Source: Clostridia bacterium
GTDB lineage: Bacteria; Bacillota; Clostridia; Oscillospirales; CAG-272
Direction of reading: 5' to 3'
Length of the DNA stretch: 61,339 nucleotides
Assembly (NCBI GenBank): GCA_017444735.1
Contig: JAFSWB010000001.1
Coordinates: forward strand, 1 to 61,339
In this document: positions 28,377 through 38,943 of the stretch, piece by piece
Numbering within the stretch: the first letter of the stretch is position 1
Layout of the letters: every line of letters begins with the position of its first letter
The notes under the pieces: model-generated
What the model was told of the DNA's origin: nothing
Database searches by the model: none
Seen by the model: only the letters and a program-made list of their open reading frames with translations
Program-made: the position numbers and the translations under genes

Positions 28377-28598
28377 ATGCCAAAGGATGACGTGATCGAA
28401 TTTGAAGGTACGGTCGTTGAGGCGCTGCCGAACGCCACCTTCAAGGTGAAGCTTCCGAACGATATGATCGTTACCGCTCATATTTCCGGAAAGCTCAGAA
28501 TGAACTATATCAAGATTCTTCCCGGTGACAACGTCAAGATCGAGGTTTCGATCTACGATCCCACCAAGGGACGGATCACGTGGAGGACGAAGGGCTGA
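28377..28598 (+). CDS. infA: Translation initiation factor IF-1
   Basis: [20 protein letters not shown]. Confidence 0.98.
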   Translation: MPKDDVIEFEGTVVEALPNATFKVKLPNDMIVTAHISGKLRMNYIKILPGDNVKIEVSIYDPTKGRITWRTKG

Positions 28599-28658
28599 CG
28601 CGAGACCGTCTCTCCCCGGAGTCCGTGGCACAAATTTCGAGAAAGGTGGTAAAAAACT

Positions 28659-28772
28659 GTGAAAGTAAAACCTTCCGTAAAGAGAATTTGCGACAAGTGC
28701 AAGATCATCAAGCGCCATGGCAAAGTCATGGTGATCTGTGAGAATCCGAAGCACAAGCAGAGACAGGGCTGA
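28659..28772 (+). CDS. rpmJ: 50S ribosomal protein L36 (not in ORF track, GTG start)
   Basis: [37 protein letters not shown]. Confidence 0.97.
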   Translation: MKVKPSVKRICDKCKIIKRHGKVMVICENPKHKQRQG

Positions 28773-28812
28773 GCCCCTGACTTTCAGGAACAGAAAGAGG
28801 TGAAACGAAAGA

Positions 28813-29181
28813 ATGGCTCGTATATCAGGTGTTGATATTCCGAACAACAAACGGATCGAGTACGCGCTGACCTACATCTACGGTATCGGTCTGAAGAGCT
28901 CTCAGGATATCCTGGCGAAGACCGGAATCAATCCGGATACCCGCGCGAAGGACCTGACCGAGGACGATATCGCGAAGCTCCGTGATGAGATCGAGAACAA
29001 CTACAAGGTCGAAGGTGAACTTCGCCGTGAAGTCGCTCTGAACATCAAGCGTCTCATCGAGATCAACTGCTATCGCGGAATCCGTCACAGAAAGGGACTG
29101 CCCGTCCGCGGACAGAGGACCAAGACGAACGCGAGAACGAGAAAGGGTCCCGCAAAGACCATCGCCAACAAGAAAAAGTAA
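28813..29181 (+). CDS. rpsM: 30S ribosomal protein S13
   Basis: [25 protein letters not shown]. Confidence 0.98.
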   Translation: MARISGVDIPNNKRIEYALTYIYGIGLKSSQDILAKTGINPDTRAKDLTEDDIAKLRDEIENNYKVEGELRREVALNIKRLIEINCYRGIRHRKGLPVRGQRTKTNARTRKGPAKTIANKKK

Positions 29182-29199
29182 AAGGAGACAGGAGAGCAA

Positions 29200-29595
29200 A
29201 TGGCTAAGGTTGCAAAGAAAACCATCAAGAAGCGCCGCGATAGAAAGAATATCGAAAAAGGCGCTGCCCATATCCGCTCGACCTTCAACAACACTATCGT
29301 TACCATCACCGATACGGCGGGTAACACGGTGGCTTGGTCGTCGTCCGGTTCTCAGGGCTTCAAGGGCTCCAGAAAGAATACTCCTTACGCCGCGCAGACC
29401 GCTGCGGAAGCTGCCGCGAAAGGCGCTATGGAACATGGTATGAAGACTGTCGAAGTGTTCGTCAAAGGTCCCGGTAACGGACGTGAGGCGGCGATCCGCG
29501 CTCTTCAGACCGCTGGGCTCAACATCACTCTCATCAAGGACGTGACGCCGATCCCGCACAACGGATGCCGTCCGCCCAAGCGCAGAAGAGTATAA
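29200..29595 (+). CDS. rpsK: 30S ribosomal protein S11
   Basis: [20 protein letters not shown]. Confidence 0.98.
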   Translation: MAKVAKKTIKKRRDRKNIEKGAAHIRSTFNNTIVTITDTAGNTVAWSSSGSQGFKGSRKNTPYAAQTAAEAAAKGAMEHGMKTVEVFVKGPGNGREAAIRALQTAGLNITLIKDVTPIPHNGCRPPKRRRV

Positions 29596-29615
29596 ACTAA
29601 CAGGAGGAATTTGAT

Positions 29616-30242
29616 ATGGCAAGATATACAGGCGCGTCCTGCAAGCTCTGCCGCAGAGAGGGAAGAAAGCTCTTTCTCAAGGGCGAGCGCTGCCTCAGCG
29701 ACAAGTGTGCCGTCGTCAGACGTTCGACCGTTCCCGGCCAGCACGGTATGGGTCGTAAAAACGTCAAGGAGTACGGTCTCCAGCTGAGAGAGAAGCAGAC
29801 TGCAAGACGCTACTACGGTGTTCAGGAAAAGCAGTTCAAGGGTTACTACGTCAAGGCCGACAAACAGGAAGGCGTCGCGGGTGAAAACCTCCTCTCCATC
29901 CTCGAGAGACGTTTCGACAACGTCGTTTACAGAATGGGCCTCGCATCCAGCCGCAAGGAGGCAAGACAGTTCGTCCGTCACGGACACTTCACCCTCAACG
30001 GCAAGAAGGCGAACATTCCGTCCATCATCACCAAGGTCGGCGACGTCGTCGCTCTCAAAGAGGGAAGCAGATCGCTCGAGAAATTCAAGGGCCTGCTTGA
30101 AACCGCCGATACGGTCATCAAGCCGAAGTGGCTTGACGTCGATGAAGACTGCCTCACCGCGAAGGTCGTCGCCATCCCGCAGAGAGATGACGTTGACTTC
30201 CCGTTCGAAGAGCAGCTTATTATCGAGCTTTACTCCAAATAA
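29616..30242 (+). CDS. rpsD: 30S ribosomal protein S4
   Basis: CKLCRREG, YG.QL.EKQ, LERR.DN.VYR. Confidence 0.98.
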   Translation: MARYTGASCKLCRREGRKLFLKGERCLSDKCAVVRRSTVPGQHGMGRKNVKEYGLQLREKQTARRYYGVQEKQFKGYYVKADKQEGVAGENLLSILERRFDNVVYRMGLASSRKEARQFVRHGHFTLNGKKANIPSIITKVGDVVALKEGSRSLEKFKGLLETADTVIKPKWLDVDEDCLTAKVVAIPQRDDVDFPFEEQLIIELYSK

Positions 30243-30342
30243 TAACCTGACAATCGGAGGATGCGTACGCACCGCACAAATTGCGCTCCCCTTTGTCGGG
30301 GCGTTGACATGAATAGTGCGAAAAATTGTAGGAGGGTTATTG

Positions 30343-31314
30343 ATGATAGAAATAGAGAAGCCGAATATTGCGACGATGGACCTGAGCGAAGATGGTAAAG
30401 CAGGAAAGTTTATCATCGAGCCTCTCGAGAGGGGCTACGGAGTCACCCTCGGTATATCGCTGCGCCGAGTTCTGATCAACTCACTTCCCGGCGTCGCGGT
30501 TTCAAGAATTAAGATAGACGGTGTTCTTCACGAGATCTCCACGATCCCCGGGATCGTCGAGGACGTGCCCGAGATCGTCCTGAACGTCAAGGGAATAGTC
30601 GCGAGACTGTTCGTCGACGGCTCGAAGACGGTCGTTATCGACACGACGGGAGAGCGTGAGATCACCGCGGAAGACATAAAGACGGACGCCGACGTCGAGA
30701 TCCTGAATCCCGAGCATCACATCTGCACCGTCGGTGAGAACGTGAGATTCTATATGGAGATCACATTCGATCACGGCAGAGGATACGTTTCCGGAGAATA
30801 CAACAAGCAGGTATATCTGGAGAACAACGGCGGGATCCAGGCGCCGGTCGGCACGATCTTTACCGATTCCAACTACACTCCCGTGTATCACGTCAACTAT
30901 ACCGTACAGAACACCAGAGTCGGAAGCAGCACCGATTTCGACAAGCTGACGCTCGAAGTTCTTACGAACGGCGTGATTCTCGCGAAGGAAGCGATTTCGC
31001 TTGCCGCCAAGATACTCAACGAACATCTCAACTTGTTTGTCGATTTGTCAGACGAGGCCAAGAATGCGGAGATCATGATCGAGCGCGAGGAGACCATAAA
31101 GGAAAAGGTCCTTGAGATGACCATTGAGGAGCTTGACATGTCCGTCAGAAGCTTCAACTGTCTGAAGCGCGCGGGCATCGATACGGTCGAAGATCTGATC
31201 GGAAAGACCGAAGAGGATATGATGAAAGTCAGAAACCTCGGAAAGAAATCGCTGGAGGAAGTCATCACGAAGCTTGCCGCTCTCGGACTCGAACTCAAGA
31301 AAGAGGAAGAGTGA
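30343..31314 (+). CDS. rpoA: DNA-directed RNA polymerase subunit alpha
   Basis: [11 protein letters not shown]...[19 protein letters not shown]. Confidence 0.97.
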   Translation: MIEIEKPNIATMDLSEDGKAGKFIIEPLERGYGVTLGISLRRVLINSLPGVAVSRIKIDGVLHEISTIPGIVEDVPEIVLNVKGIVARLFVDGSKTVVIDTTGEREITAEDIKTDADVEILNPEHHICTVGENVRFYMEITFDHGRGYVSGEYNKQVYLENNGGIQAPVGTIFTDSNYTPVYHVNYTVQNTRVGSSTDFDKLTLEVLTNGVILAKEAISLAAKILNEHLNLFVDLSDEAKNAEIMIEREETIKEKVLEMTIEELDMSVRSFNCLKRAGIDTVEDLIGKTEEDMMKVRNLGKKSLEEVITKLAALGLELKKEEE

Positions 31315-31382
31315 CGCGGGAGGTCAGGCACAAGCGGTCCGGTATCGGACCGGACAATCTTTAGCAAAAGGAGGACAACACA

Positions 31383-31757
31383 ATGCCAGGAACAAGAAAA
31401 CTCGGCAGACCGACCGCGCACAGAAACGCTATGCTTCGCGGACTGGTCACGTATCTTCTCGAAAACGGCTCTATTGAAACGACGCTGACGAGAGCAAAGG
31501 AGATCCGCTCGATGGCCGACCGTATGGTCACCCTCGGAAAGAAGAACACCCTTGCGGCAAAACGTCAGGCGCTCTCATACATCACCAAGAGAGAAGTGGT
31601 AACGAAACTCTTTGACGAGATCGCTCCCTCGTTCGAGGACAGAAACGGCGGTTACACCCGCGTTTACAAGATGGGTCCCCGTCGCGGCGACGGCGCTGAG
31701 ATGGCCGTTATCAGACTTGTCGGATACAAGTTGCCCGAGAAGAAGGAAAAGAAATAA
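31383..31757 (+). CDS. rplQ: 50S ribosomal protein L17
   Basis: RKLGR...HR.AMLR, RNGGYTR, RRGDGA. Confidence 0.98.
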   Translation: MPGTRKLGRPTAHRNAMLRGLVTYLLENGSIETTLTRAKEIRSMADRMVTLGKKNTLAAKRQALSYITKREVVTKLFDEIAPSFEDRNGGYTRVYKMGPRRGDGAEMAVIRLVGYKLPEKKEKK

Positions 31758-31766
31758 TCAAAAGAT

Positions 31767-31798
31767 ATTGCCGCGCACGTTTTTCGGTGCGCGGCAAT
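31767..31798 (+). terminator. Hairpin ending the ribosomal operon
   Basis: ATTGCCGCGCAC-loop-GTGCGCGGCAAT; T-tract weak. Confidence 0.6.
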
Positions 31799-31817
31799 TC
31801 TGTAAGAGGAGAATGAT

Positions 31818-32966
31818 ATGAAAAAAACGACGCCCGTTATGGGATGGAACTCATACTGCAACTGCGACTGCTCGCCGAGCGAGAAGATCATAACCGACGC
31901 CGCGGACGCCCTCGTCCGCCTCGGTCTCTCCGATCTCGGCTACAACATGGTCGGACTCGACGACGGATATCTCGGACGCGAGAGGAACGCCGAGGGTCAG
32001 CTCGTCTGGAAGGAAGACATTTTCCCGCACGGGATGAAGTGGCTCACCGATTATATCCACGCGAAGGGACTCCTCGCCGGATGCTATCTCGGATGCGGTC
32101 TCACGACGTGGTGGGGCGACGCCGGAACGCTCGGTCACGAGGAAGAGGACGCGAAACGGATCGCCGAGTGGGGTTTCGACCTCGTGAAATACGACAACCA
32201 CCCGACCGACGAAGACGGTCCGCGCAACCTCGTCGCCGAGTATATAAAGATGGGTCTCGCACTCAAGAACTGCGGCCGCGAGATCATCTACTCGATGTGC
32301 GAGCACGGCTCAACGCGCCCGTGGCTGTGGGCGCACGGCGTCGGCGATATGTGGCGCGTCGGCGGCGACATCCGCGACAACTTCTCGCGCGAGACGGATC
32401 AGTACCGCGGGATCCTCGGCGCGATGGACGAATACGGCTCCGACTCGACGCCGCACACGAGAGCGGGCGGTATCAGCGACCCCGATTTCCTCGTCGTCGG
32501 TATCAAAGGCAATTCGCAGTTCATGGAGCTCGGCAACGGTCTCACCGACGCGGAAGGCAGAACGCAGTTCGCCCTTTGGTGCATGACGTCGTCTCCGCTG
32601 ATCATCGGCGCCGATCTCAACAAACTCGACGAGGAATCTCTGAGGACGCTCAAAAACAAAAACCTGATCGCAATCGACCAGGACCCGCTCGTTATCCCCG
32701 CGCGCCGAGTGTCGTCGGAATACCACGGCAGGGAACTGTGGGTAAAGGAACTTTCCGACTTCCGCTGGGCGGTCGCCGTTCTCAACCGCGGACCGAATCC
32801 GAATCGCTTCTCATTCCGTTGGGAAGAAGTCGGGCTCGCGGGCGGCATCGGTATGACTGTACGCGACGAGTGGACCGGAGAGACGATCCCCGAACAGTTC
32901 GGCGTCTTCTCCTGCGACGTCGACTCGCACGACACGAGAGTCTTTACTCTTACGCCTGAACTGTAA
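31818..32966 (+). CDS. Glycoside hydrolase family 27 (alpha-galactosidase-like), cytoplasmic
   Basis: TPVMGWNS, LDDG, VKYD nucleophile, WRVGGD, DPDFL, AIDQDPL. Confidence 0.88.
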   Translation: MKKTTPVMGWNSYCNCDCSPSEKIITDAADALVRLGLSDLGYNMVGLDDGYLGRERNAEGQLVWKEDIFPHGMKWLTDYIHAKGLLAGCYLGCGLTTWWGDAGTLGHEEEDAKRIAEWGFDLVKYDNHPTDEDGPRNLVAEYIKMGLALKNCGREIIYSMCEHGSTRPWLWAHGVGDMWRVGGDIRDNFSRETDQYRGILGAMDEYGSDSTPHTRAGGISDPDFLVVGIKGNSQFMELGNGLTDAEGRTQFALWCMTSSPLIIGADLNKLDEESLRTLKNKNLIAIDQDPLVIPARRVSSEYHGRELWVKELSDFRWAVAVLNRGPNPNRFSFRWEEVGLAGGIGMTVRDEWTGETIPEQFGVFSCDVDSHDTRVFTLTPEL

Positions 32967-32970
32967 AAGC

Positions 32971-33004
32971 GATCCCGCGGGGATTTCCCCGCGGGATCAT
33001 TTTT
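32971..33004. terminator. Bidirectional terminator
   Basis: GATCCCGCGGGGA-TT-TCCCCGCGGGATC between convergent genes. Confidence 0.7.
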
Positions 33005-33602
33005 ACAAAACTTCTTTTATCGCCCTGAGCAGGTCTGCGTACTCTTCGTACGCGGAAAGCTCGGGGTGATCTTTTTTGATCTTCTCGGTCGAGCGGAAGA
33101 GAAAGCCCGCGCGGCTCGCCTTTATCATTTCGAGGTCGTTGAAGCTGTCTCCCGCGGCGATGGTGTCGTATCCGATCGACTGGAACGCGCGGACGGTCGA
33201 GAGCTTCGTCTTCTCGGTGCGGAGGCGGTAACCCGTCACTCTGCCGTCGGGCGCGATCTCGAGGGAATTGCAGAAGATCGTCGGCCAGCCGAGTTTTTTC
33301 ATCAGCGGCGAGGCGAACTGCTCGAATGTGTCGGAGAGGATGACGGTCTGCGTGAGGCTCCTCAGCTCGTCGAGAAAGTCCTTCGCGCCCTCCATCGGGT
33401 CGATACCGGCGATCGTCTCGCGGATCTCGCCTATGCCGAGACCGTGTTCGGCGAGCGTTTTGAGGCGGAACTTCATCAGCTTGTTGTAATCGGGCTCGTC
33501 GCGCGTCGTGCGTCGGAGCTCGGGGATCCCGCTCTTTTCGGAGAACGCGATCCAGATCTCGGGGACGAGGACGCCCTCAAGGTCGAGACAAACGATGTTC
33601 AT
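33003..33602 (-). CDS. thrH: Phosphoserine phosphatase/homoserine phosphotransferase ThrH
   Basis: CLDLEGVLVPEIW, TTRDEPDY, AGDSFND. Confidence 0.93.
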   Translation of the reverse strand: MNIVCLDLEGVLVPEIWIAFSEKSGIPELRRTTRDEPDYNKLMKFRLKTLAEHGLGIGEIRETIAGIDPMEGAKDFLDELRSLTQTVILSDTFEQFASPLMKKLGWPTIFCNSLEIAPDGRVTGYRLRTEKTKLSTVRAFQSIGYDTIAAGDSFNDLEMIKASRAGFLFRSTEKIKKDHPELSAYEEYADLLRAIKEVL

Positions 33603-33603
33603 T

Positions 33604-35436
33604 TCAGCCTCCTTTTTTGATCCTTGCTTCGGCTTTCAGTCTCAGCTCGGTGTTGAGGATCCTCTTTCTGAGTCTGATGTTCTTCGGGGTCACTTCGATC
33701 AGCTCGTCGTCGGCGATGAATTCGATCGCCTGTTCGAGCGACAGCTCCTTGGGCGGGACGAGGCGGAGCGCCTCGTCGGCTCCGGCGGAGCGGATAGACG
33801 TCAGATGCTTTTTCTTGCAGACGTTCAGAGCAATGTCCTCTTTCTTCGGGCATTCGCCGACGATCATCCCCTCGTAGACGGGCGTCTGGACGCCGATGAA
33901 CATAACGCCCCTGTCCTGACTGTTGAAGAGGCCGTATGACGTCGACTCGCCGTCCTCGGACGCGATCAGCGATCCGGTGAAGCGCGTCGTGACGTCGCCC
34001 TTGAACGGCTGATAGCCGTCGAATACGGAGCTTATGATCCCCTCGCCTCTGGTGTCGGTCATGAACTCGCTTCTGTAACCGAGCAGACAGCGGGCGGGGA
34101 TCGAGTATTCGATCCTCATCCGGGACCCGGCGGGTCCCATTTCAAGAAGCTCGCCTTTCCGTGCGCCGAGCTTTTCGATGACGGGACCGACGTACTCCTC
34201 GGGGACGTCGGCGGTCACTCTCTCCATCGGCTCGCATTTTACGCCGTCGATCTCCTTGAAGAGAACGCGCGGCGTGGAGCAGCAGAGCTCGTAACCCTCG
34301 CGTCTCATCGTCTCGATGAGGATGGAAAGGTGCATCTCGCCGCGGCCCGCGACCTTGAACGAGTCGGTCGTCTCGCCGTCGCTGACGCGGAGCGACACGT
34401 CGCGGAGAGTTTCTTTGTAAAGGCGCTCGCGGAGCTGACGCGACGTCACGAATTTGCCCTCGCGACCCGCGAACGGGCTGTCGTTGACGGAGAACGTCAT
34501 CTCCATCGTCGGCTCGCTGACCTTGACGAATTCGAGCGGCTCGGGAGCGAGCGGCGACGCGATCGTATCGCCTATCGTGATATCCTCGGCGCCGGAGAAG
34601 CAGACGATATCGCCGACCGTCGCCTCGTTGACCTCATCCTTGTTGAGCCCGTCAAACTGCCATAACGTGACGATCTTCGTCTTTTTCGGCACCGCGTCCG
34701 GGTCGTGATAGTTCACGATAACGGCGTCCGCGCCGACCTTCGCCGTTCCTCTGTCGATACGGCCGACGCCGATCCTTCCGACGTAGTCGTTATAGTCGAT
34801 ACTCGAGACGAGGAGCTGGAGCGGCTCGTCCGGCTCGCCCTCCGGGGCGGGAATGTATTCAAGGATCGTATCGAAGAGCGGGTCGAGATTGACTCCCGCC
34901 TCATACGGCGAAAGGGAAGCGGTCCCCGCCCTCCCCGAGCAGAAGATCATCGGGGAGTCGAGTTGTTCGTCCGTCGCGTCCAGATCGAGCAGTAGCTCGA
35001 GGACCTCCTCCTCGACTTCCTCGATCCGCGCGTCGGGACGGTCGATCTTATTGATAACGACGATAACGCGGTGACCGAGCTCCATCGCCTTGCCGAGAAC
35101 GAATCTCGTCTGCGGCATCGGACCCTCCGCGGCGTCGACGAGAAGAAGAACGCCGTTGACCATCTTCAGGATCCTCTCGACCTCCCCGCCGAAATCGGCG
35201 TGGCCGGGGGTGTCGACGATGTTGATCTTGACGCCGCCTCTCTTTACGGAGGTGTTCTTGGCGAGAATGGTTATTCCGCGTTCTCTCTCCAGATCGCCGG
35301 AGTCCATGACTCTCTCGCGGACCACCTGATTCTCATGATATTCGCCGCACTGCTTCAGCATTTCGTCGACCAGCGTCGTCTTGCCGTGGTCGACGTGGGC
35401 GATGATTGCGATATTTCTGAGGTCTTCTCTGACCAA
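33604..35436 (-). CDS. typA: Translational GTPase TypA/BipA
   Basis: [37 protein letters not shown]; TTG start after AGAGG. Confidence 0.97.
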   Translation of the reverse strand: MVREDLRNIAIIAHVDHGKTTLVDEMLKQCGEYHENQVVRERVMDSGDLERERGITILAKNTSVKRGGVKINIVDTPGHADFGGEVERILKMVNGVLLLVDAAEGPMPQTRFVLGKAMELGHRVIVVINKIDRPDARIEEVEEEVLELLLDLDATDEQLDSPMIFCSGRAGTASLSPYEAGVNLDPLFDTILEYIPAPEGEPDEPLQLLVSSIDYNDYVGRIGVGRIDRGTAKVGADAVIVNYHDPDAVPKKTKIVTLWQFDGLNKDEVNEATVGDIVCFSGAEDITIGDTIASPLAPEPLEFVKVSEPTMEMTFSVNDSPFAGREGKFVTSRQLRERLYKETLRDVSLRVSDGETTDSFKVAGRGEMHLSILIETMRREGYELCCSTPRVLFKEIDGVKCEPMERVTADVPEEYVGPVIEKLGARKGELLEMGPAGSRMRIEYSIPARCLLGYRSEFMTDTRGEGIISSVFDGYQPFKGDVTTRFTGSLIASEDGESTSYGLFNSQDRGVMFIGVQTPVYEGMIVGECPKKEDIALNVCKKKHLTSIRSAGADEALRLVPPKELSLEQAIEFIADDELIEVTPKNIRLRKRILNTELRLKAEARIKKGG

Positions 35437-35560
35437 AGCTCGCGCCTCTTTTCTTTCAATAAATAAACACACGGGATATTTTATCACAAATCGCGGGAAA
35501 ATTAAATATCGAAAATGATATTATTTCGTCCTCGGGACGGAATTTTTTTGTATCGTGCGT

Positions 35561-35595
35561 AAAAAGCCGCCCGGCGGGATTCCCCGCCGGGCGGC
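35561..35595 (-). terminator. Terminator after cohesin/dockerin gene
   Basis: GCCGCCCGGCGGGA/CCCGCCGGGCGGC with T-tract on the minus strand. Confidence 0.7.
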
Positions 35596-35617
35596 GCAAG
35601 CGTTGTTACCCTGATCG

Positions 35618-38617
35618 TCAATAAATATCAGTAGTCGTTCCGGAGATGAATTTGAGCAGACGCGTCAGGTCTTTACTGTTGACGACCCCGTCGCCGTTGA
35701 CGTCGAGCGCCTTCTCGTTGACGAAGACGCTTCCCGGATTCGAGATGTGCTTGAGAAGACGGGTCAGGTCCTTACTGTTGACGACCCCGTCGCCGTTGAT
35801 ATCGCCGCGCACGTAGTCGAGAACGGGGATGATCTCATCCTTTTCCGCGCCGCAGACCGTGCAGGTGTGGTGCATGATCCCGGTCTCGGTCTCCGTCGCG
35901 CGGAGCGTTCTCACTCCCTTGTCCCATACGTGGCCGAGAGCGGCGGAGACGTCGCCGTTGTACGAGTCGCCGCAGCGTGTGCAGACGTAGACGGTGTATC
36001 CTTCATCCTCGCAGGTCGGAGCGACCGTTTCACCCGCGACGTAGTCGTGACCGAGCGCGTCGGTCGGGCGCGTTTCGACAGCGCCGCAGCGCGAGCAGGT
36101 GTGCGTTTCGACGCCTCTCTCGGTGCAGTTCGCCGGCGTCGTCTCGAACCATTCGCCGAAGGAGTGGCCGAGAGGAGCGACTTCGGCGTCCCTGTAGGAA
36201 TCGTTGCATCTCGAGCAGGTGTGCGCGGTATAGCCCGCCTCGGTGCAGGTCGGCTCGGTGACGACGTCGTCATAATCGTGGTCGAGAGGAGCGACGGGAG
36301 AGTCGGTAAAGGCGTCTCCGCAGCGCGAGCAGGTATGCGTGGTGAAGCCCGCCTCGGTGCAGGTCGGAGCGGTGACGACTTCGCCGTAGTCGTGGCCGAG
36401 GGCGTTGATCGTCTCGCCGACGTACGAGTCGCCGCAGCGCGAGCACGTATAGGTGACGAAGCCGTTCTCGGTGCAGGTCGGTTCAGTCCTGACTCCCGCG
36501 TAGTCGTGGTCGAGAGCCGCGACGGGCGAATCGGTGAAGGACGCGCCGCATCTCGAGCAGGTGTGCGTGGTGAAGCCCGCCTCGGTGCAGGTCGGAGCGG
36601 TGACGACGTCTATGTAATCGTGGCCGGGGGCGTTGATCGTCTCGCCGACGTACGAGTAGCCGCAGCGCGAGCACGTATAGGTGATAAAGCCGTTTTCTGT
36701 GCAGGTCGGTCCGGTCGTTACGCCGACGTATTCGTGGCCGAGAGCCGCGACGGGCGAGTCGGTGAAGGTGTCTCCGCAGACCGAGCAGGTGTGCGTGGTG
36801 AAGCCCGCCTCGGTGCAGGTCGGAGCGGTGACGACGTCGACGTATTCGTGAACGTGGGAGAGAACGGTAACGCTTCCGGGGGTGATCGCAAAGCTCACGT
36901 CGTCCTCATTGTAGTTGCTGACGTTGCCGGCGGGATAGGAGATACTGACCGGATACTCCGTTCCCTCGACAGCGCCGTCAAGGACGACAAACTTCAACGT
37001 TATGAACAGGCCGTCGCCCTCGAAGTCGGAGCCGTTGACCCAGGAAATCTTTGTTTCGGCGTTGATATTACCGCCGACGCCGGGAGCGAGGGTCGCGCCG
37101 GCGAATGAAAGAGCGGTTTCGTCAAAAACGGGGGTGAGGATAGCGGCAGAGAAACCGGGATTGTTTTCGATCGTGACGGGGACGAGAACGGTCTCGCCGA
37201 CCGTGCCCGAGACGGCGCCGACCGTCATGATCGGCTCCTTCACGTTGACCGTGACGGAACCGGCGGACACGGTCCATTCGACGTCGTCCTCGTTGTAATT
37301 GCTGACGTCTCCGTCCCCGAAGGTGATGCCGACGGGGTAAGTGCCCGCCGAGGCTCCGGCGTTAACGGTGAACGTAAGGTTGAGGAAAACTCCGTTTCCG
37401 GTATAGTCTGAGCCGAAGGACAATGAAAATCCTTTTTCGGTCGAATTGGAATTACCGACGATGCCGGAGGCGAGCTTTGCGCTGACAAAGGTGAGGGCGG
37501 TTTTGTCGAACGAGAATTGACCGATAGCCGCCGCAAAGCCGGGGTTTCCGGAAATCGTCACGGGGATCGTTACGGTATCTCCGGGTTCTCCCGTCGCGGA
37601 AGCGATCGTGAACGTGAGCTTGTCGGCCGGATCTTCCGGTCCGGGTCCGGGCGGATCTTCCGGTCCGGGACCCGGGTCGTCGCCCTGAAGGACGGTGACC
37701 GATCCCGACGTGACGGTCAGAGGAACGTCAGCCTCGTCATAGTTGCTTACGCTATCGTCATCGAACGAGAAGGTGATCGGAATGACGGCGCCGACGGCGG
37801 CGTCAGCCGCCACGCTGAATCTGAGCGTTACGAACAGGCCTGTTCCGGTGTAATCGGAGGAACCGACCCAGGAGATCCCCGATGCGGATTTCGACGCCAT
37901 TCCGCCGATGCCCGACGCGAGGATGATCCTATCAAAGGTGAGAGCGGAAGAGTCGAACCCGACGGAGAGCGCGAGAGCGGAGAAACCGGTGTTCTCGGTT
38001 ATCGTGACGGGGATGTCGATCGTTTCGCCCTGCTTTGCCTCGCCCGATCCGATAACAAGGGACAGAGCCGGCACGACGGGGTCGGGTCCGGGATCCGGAG
38101 GATCGATCGGATCGTGCGGATCTTCGGGAGTCGAGCTTCCCTTGACGGTCACGGAGCCGGCGGTCACGACCGTGGGAACGTTGTTCTCATCGGAGTCGCT
38201 CACGTCGTCTTCACTGTAAGTAAACGATATCGGAAGGACGGAGTCCGCCGCGGCTCCGGCGGAGACGGCGAATTTGAGCGTTATGAAGAGACCGGTCGCC
38301 GTCGCCTCTGAAAACGCGGTGTAAGAGAGACCGGACGCCGATTTTGAGAGCATACCTCCGATGCCGTCCGCAAGGGTCGCCGACTGGAAAGTCAGCGCGG
38401 AGGAGTCGTAGTCGATCGTGACTGCGAACGCCGCAAAACCGGGGTTTTCGGTGATCGTTACGGGGACTTCGACCGTGGTTCCCGCCTCGGCCTCGACGCT
38501 GCCAATCGTTATTCTCAGCGGGGAAGCCGCGGTCGCGGCGATCCCGAGGAAGGGAATACACCCGACGATCATGATAATGGCGAGCACGGAAGAAATCGTT
38601 TTCCTGATGTTTCTCAT
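35618..38617 (-). CDS. Secreted scaffoldin-like protein: 4 cohesin-like domains, 9 His/Cys repeats, C-terminal type I dockerin
   Basis: Signal peptide; four G.TV.VPVTI..NPGF...FD..AL.F repeats with Pro/Asp/Gly linkers; GDINGDGVVNSKDLTRLL duplicated. Confidence 0.85.
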   Translation of the reverse strand: MRNIRKTISSVLAIIMIVGCIPFLGIAATAASPLRITIGSVEAEAGTTVEVPVTITENPGFAAFAVTIDYDSSALTFQSATLADGIGGMLSKSASGLSYTAFSEATATGLFITLKFAVSAGAAADSVLPISFTYSEDDVSDSDENNVPTVVTAGSVTVKGSSTPEDPHDPIDPPDPGPDPVVPALSLVIGSGEAKQGETIDIPVTITENTGFSALALSVGFDSSALTFDRIILASGIGGMASKSASGISWVGSSDYTGTGLFVTLRFSVAADAAVGAVIPITFSFDDDSVSNYDEADVPLTVTSGSVTVLQGDDPGPGPEDPPGPGPEDPADKLTFTIASATGEPGDTVTIPVTISGNPGFAAAIGQFSFDKTALTFVSAKLASGIVGNSNSTEKGFSLSFGSDYTGNGVFLNLTFTVNAGASAGTYPVGITFGDGDVSNYNEDDVEWTVSAGSVTVNVKEPIMTVGAVSGTVGETVLVPVTIENNPGFSAAILTPVFDETALSFAGATLAPGVGGNINAETKISWVNGSDFEGDGLFITLKFVVLDGAVEGTEYPVSISYPAGNVSNYNEDDVSFAITPGSVTVLSHVHEYVDVVTAPTCTEAGFTTHTCSVCGDTFTDSPVAALGHEYVGVTTGPTCTENGFITYTCSRCGYSYVGETINAPGHDYIDVVTAPTCTEAGFTTHTCSRCGASFTDSPVAALDHDYAGVRTEPTCTENGFVTYTCSRCGDSYVGETINALGHDYGEVVTAPTCTEAGFTTHTCSRCGDAFTDSPVAPLDHDYDDVVTEPTCTEAGYTAHTCSRCNDSYRDAEVAPLGHSFGEWFETTPANCTERGVETHTCSRCGAVETRPTDALGHDYVAGETVAPTCEDEGYTVYVCTRCGDSYNGDVSAALGHVWDKGVRTLRATETETGIMHHTCTVCGAEKDEIIPVLDYVRGDINGDGVVNSKDLTRLLKHISNPGSVFVNEKALDVNGDGVVNSKDLTRLLKFISGTTTDIY
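35822..36856 (-). repeat. Nine ~114-bp repeats encoding H.Y....T.PTC.E.G...HTC..CG
   Basis: 38-39 aa units; the first five alternate A/B types (228-bp period) with high DNA similarity; ends approximate. Confidence 0.85.
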
Positions 38618-38736
38618 TATCAAAAATCTCCTTTTCAAGTCTTTTTTTATGTCAACGACATATACTTTTCCTTATAAATTATATAACAATTCATAAGTTA
38701 AAATGTGAACATACTGTTACATTTAGGATTAAAAAG

Positions 38737-38768
38737 AAAACCCTTCGCGGTTTTTCCGCGAAGGTTTT
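38737..38768 (-). terminator. Terminator downstream of tRNA-Gln
   Basis: AAAACCCTTCGCGG-loop-CCGCGAAGGTTTT. Confidence 0.7.
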
Positions 38769-38769
38769 T

Positions 38770-38840
38770 CAGGGATATCAGGATTCGAACCTGAAACGAC
38801 AGAGTCAAAGTCTGTTGTGTTGCCATTACACCATATCCCT
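38770..38840 (-). tRNA. tRNA-Gln(TTG), CCA not encoded
   Basis: AGGGATATGGTGTAATGGCAACACAACAGACT-TTG-ACTCTGTCGTTTCAGGTTCGAATCCTGATATCCCTG cloverleaf. Confidence 0.93.
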
Positions 38841-38943
38841 TCGTACGGCGTATATTTTAACACACCGCGAAGGGAAAGTCAACAGAAACGACCGTCGTGT
38901 TTCAAACCCGTCCGAGGCGGGCCTCATTGAATTCCGGCTCTTG

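Noticed and set aside
35822-36856. Multiheme cytochrome c
   Set aside because: Motifs are CxxCG/CxxCN, not CxxCH.
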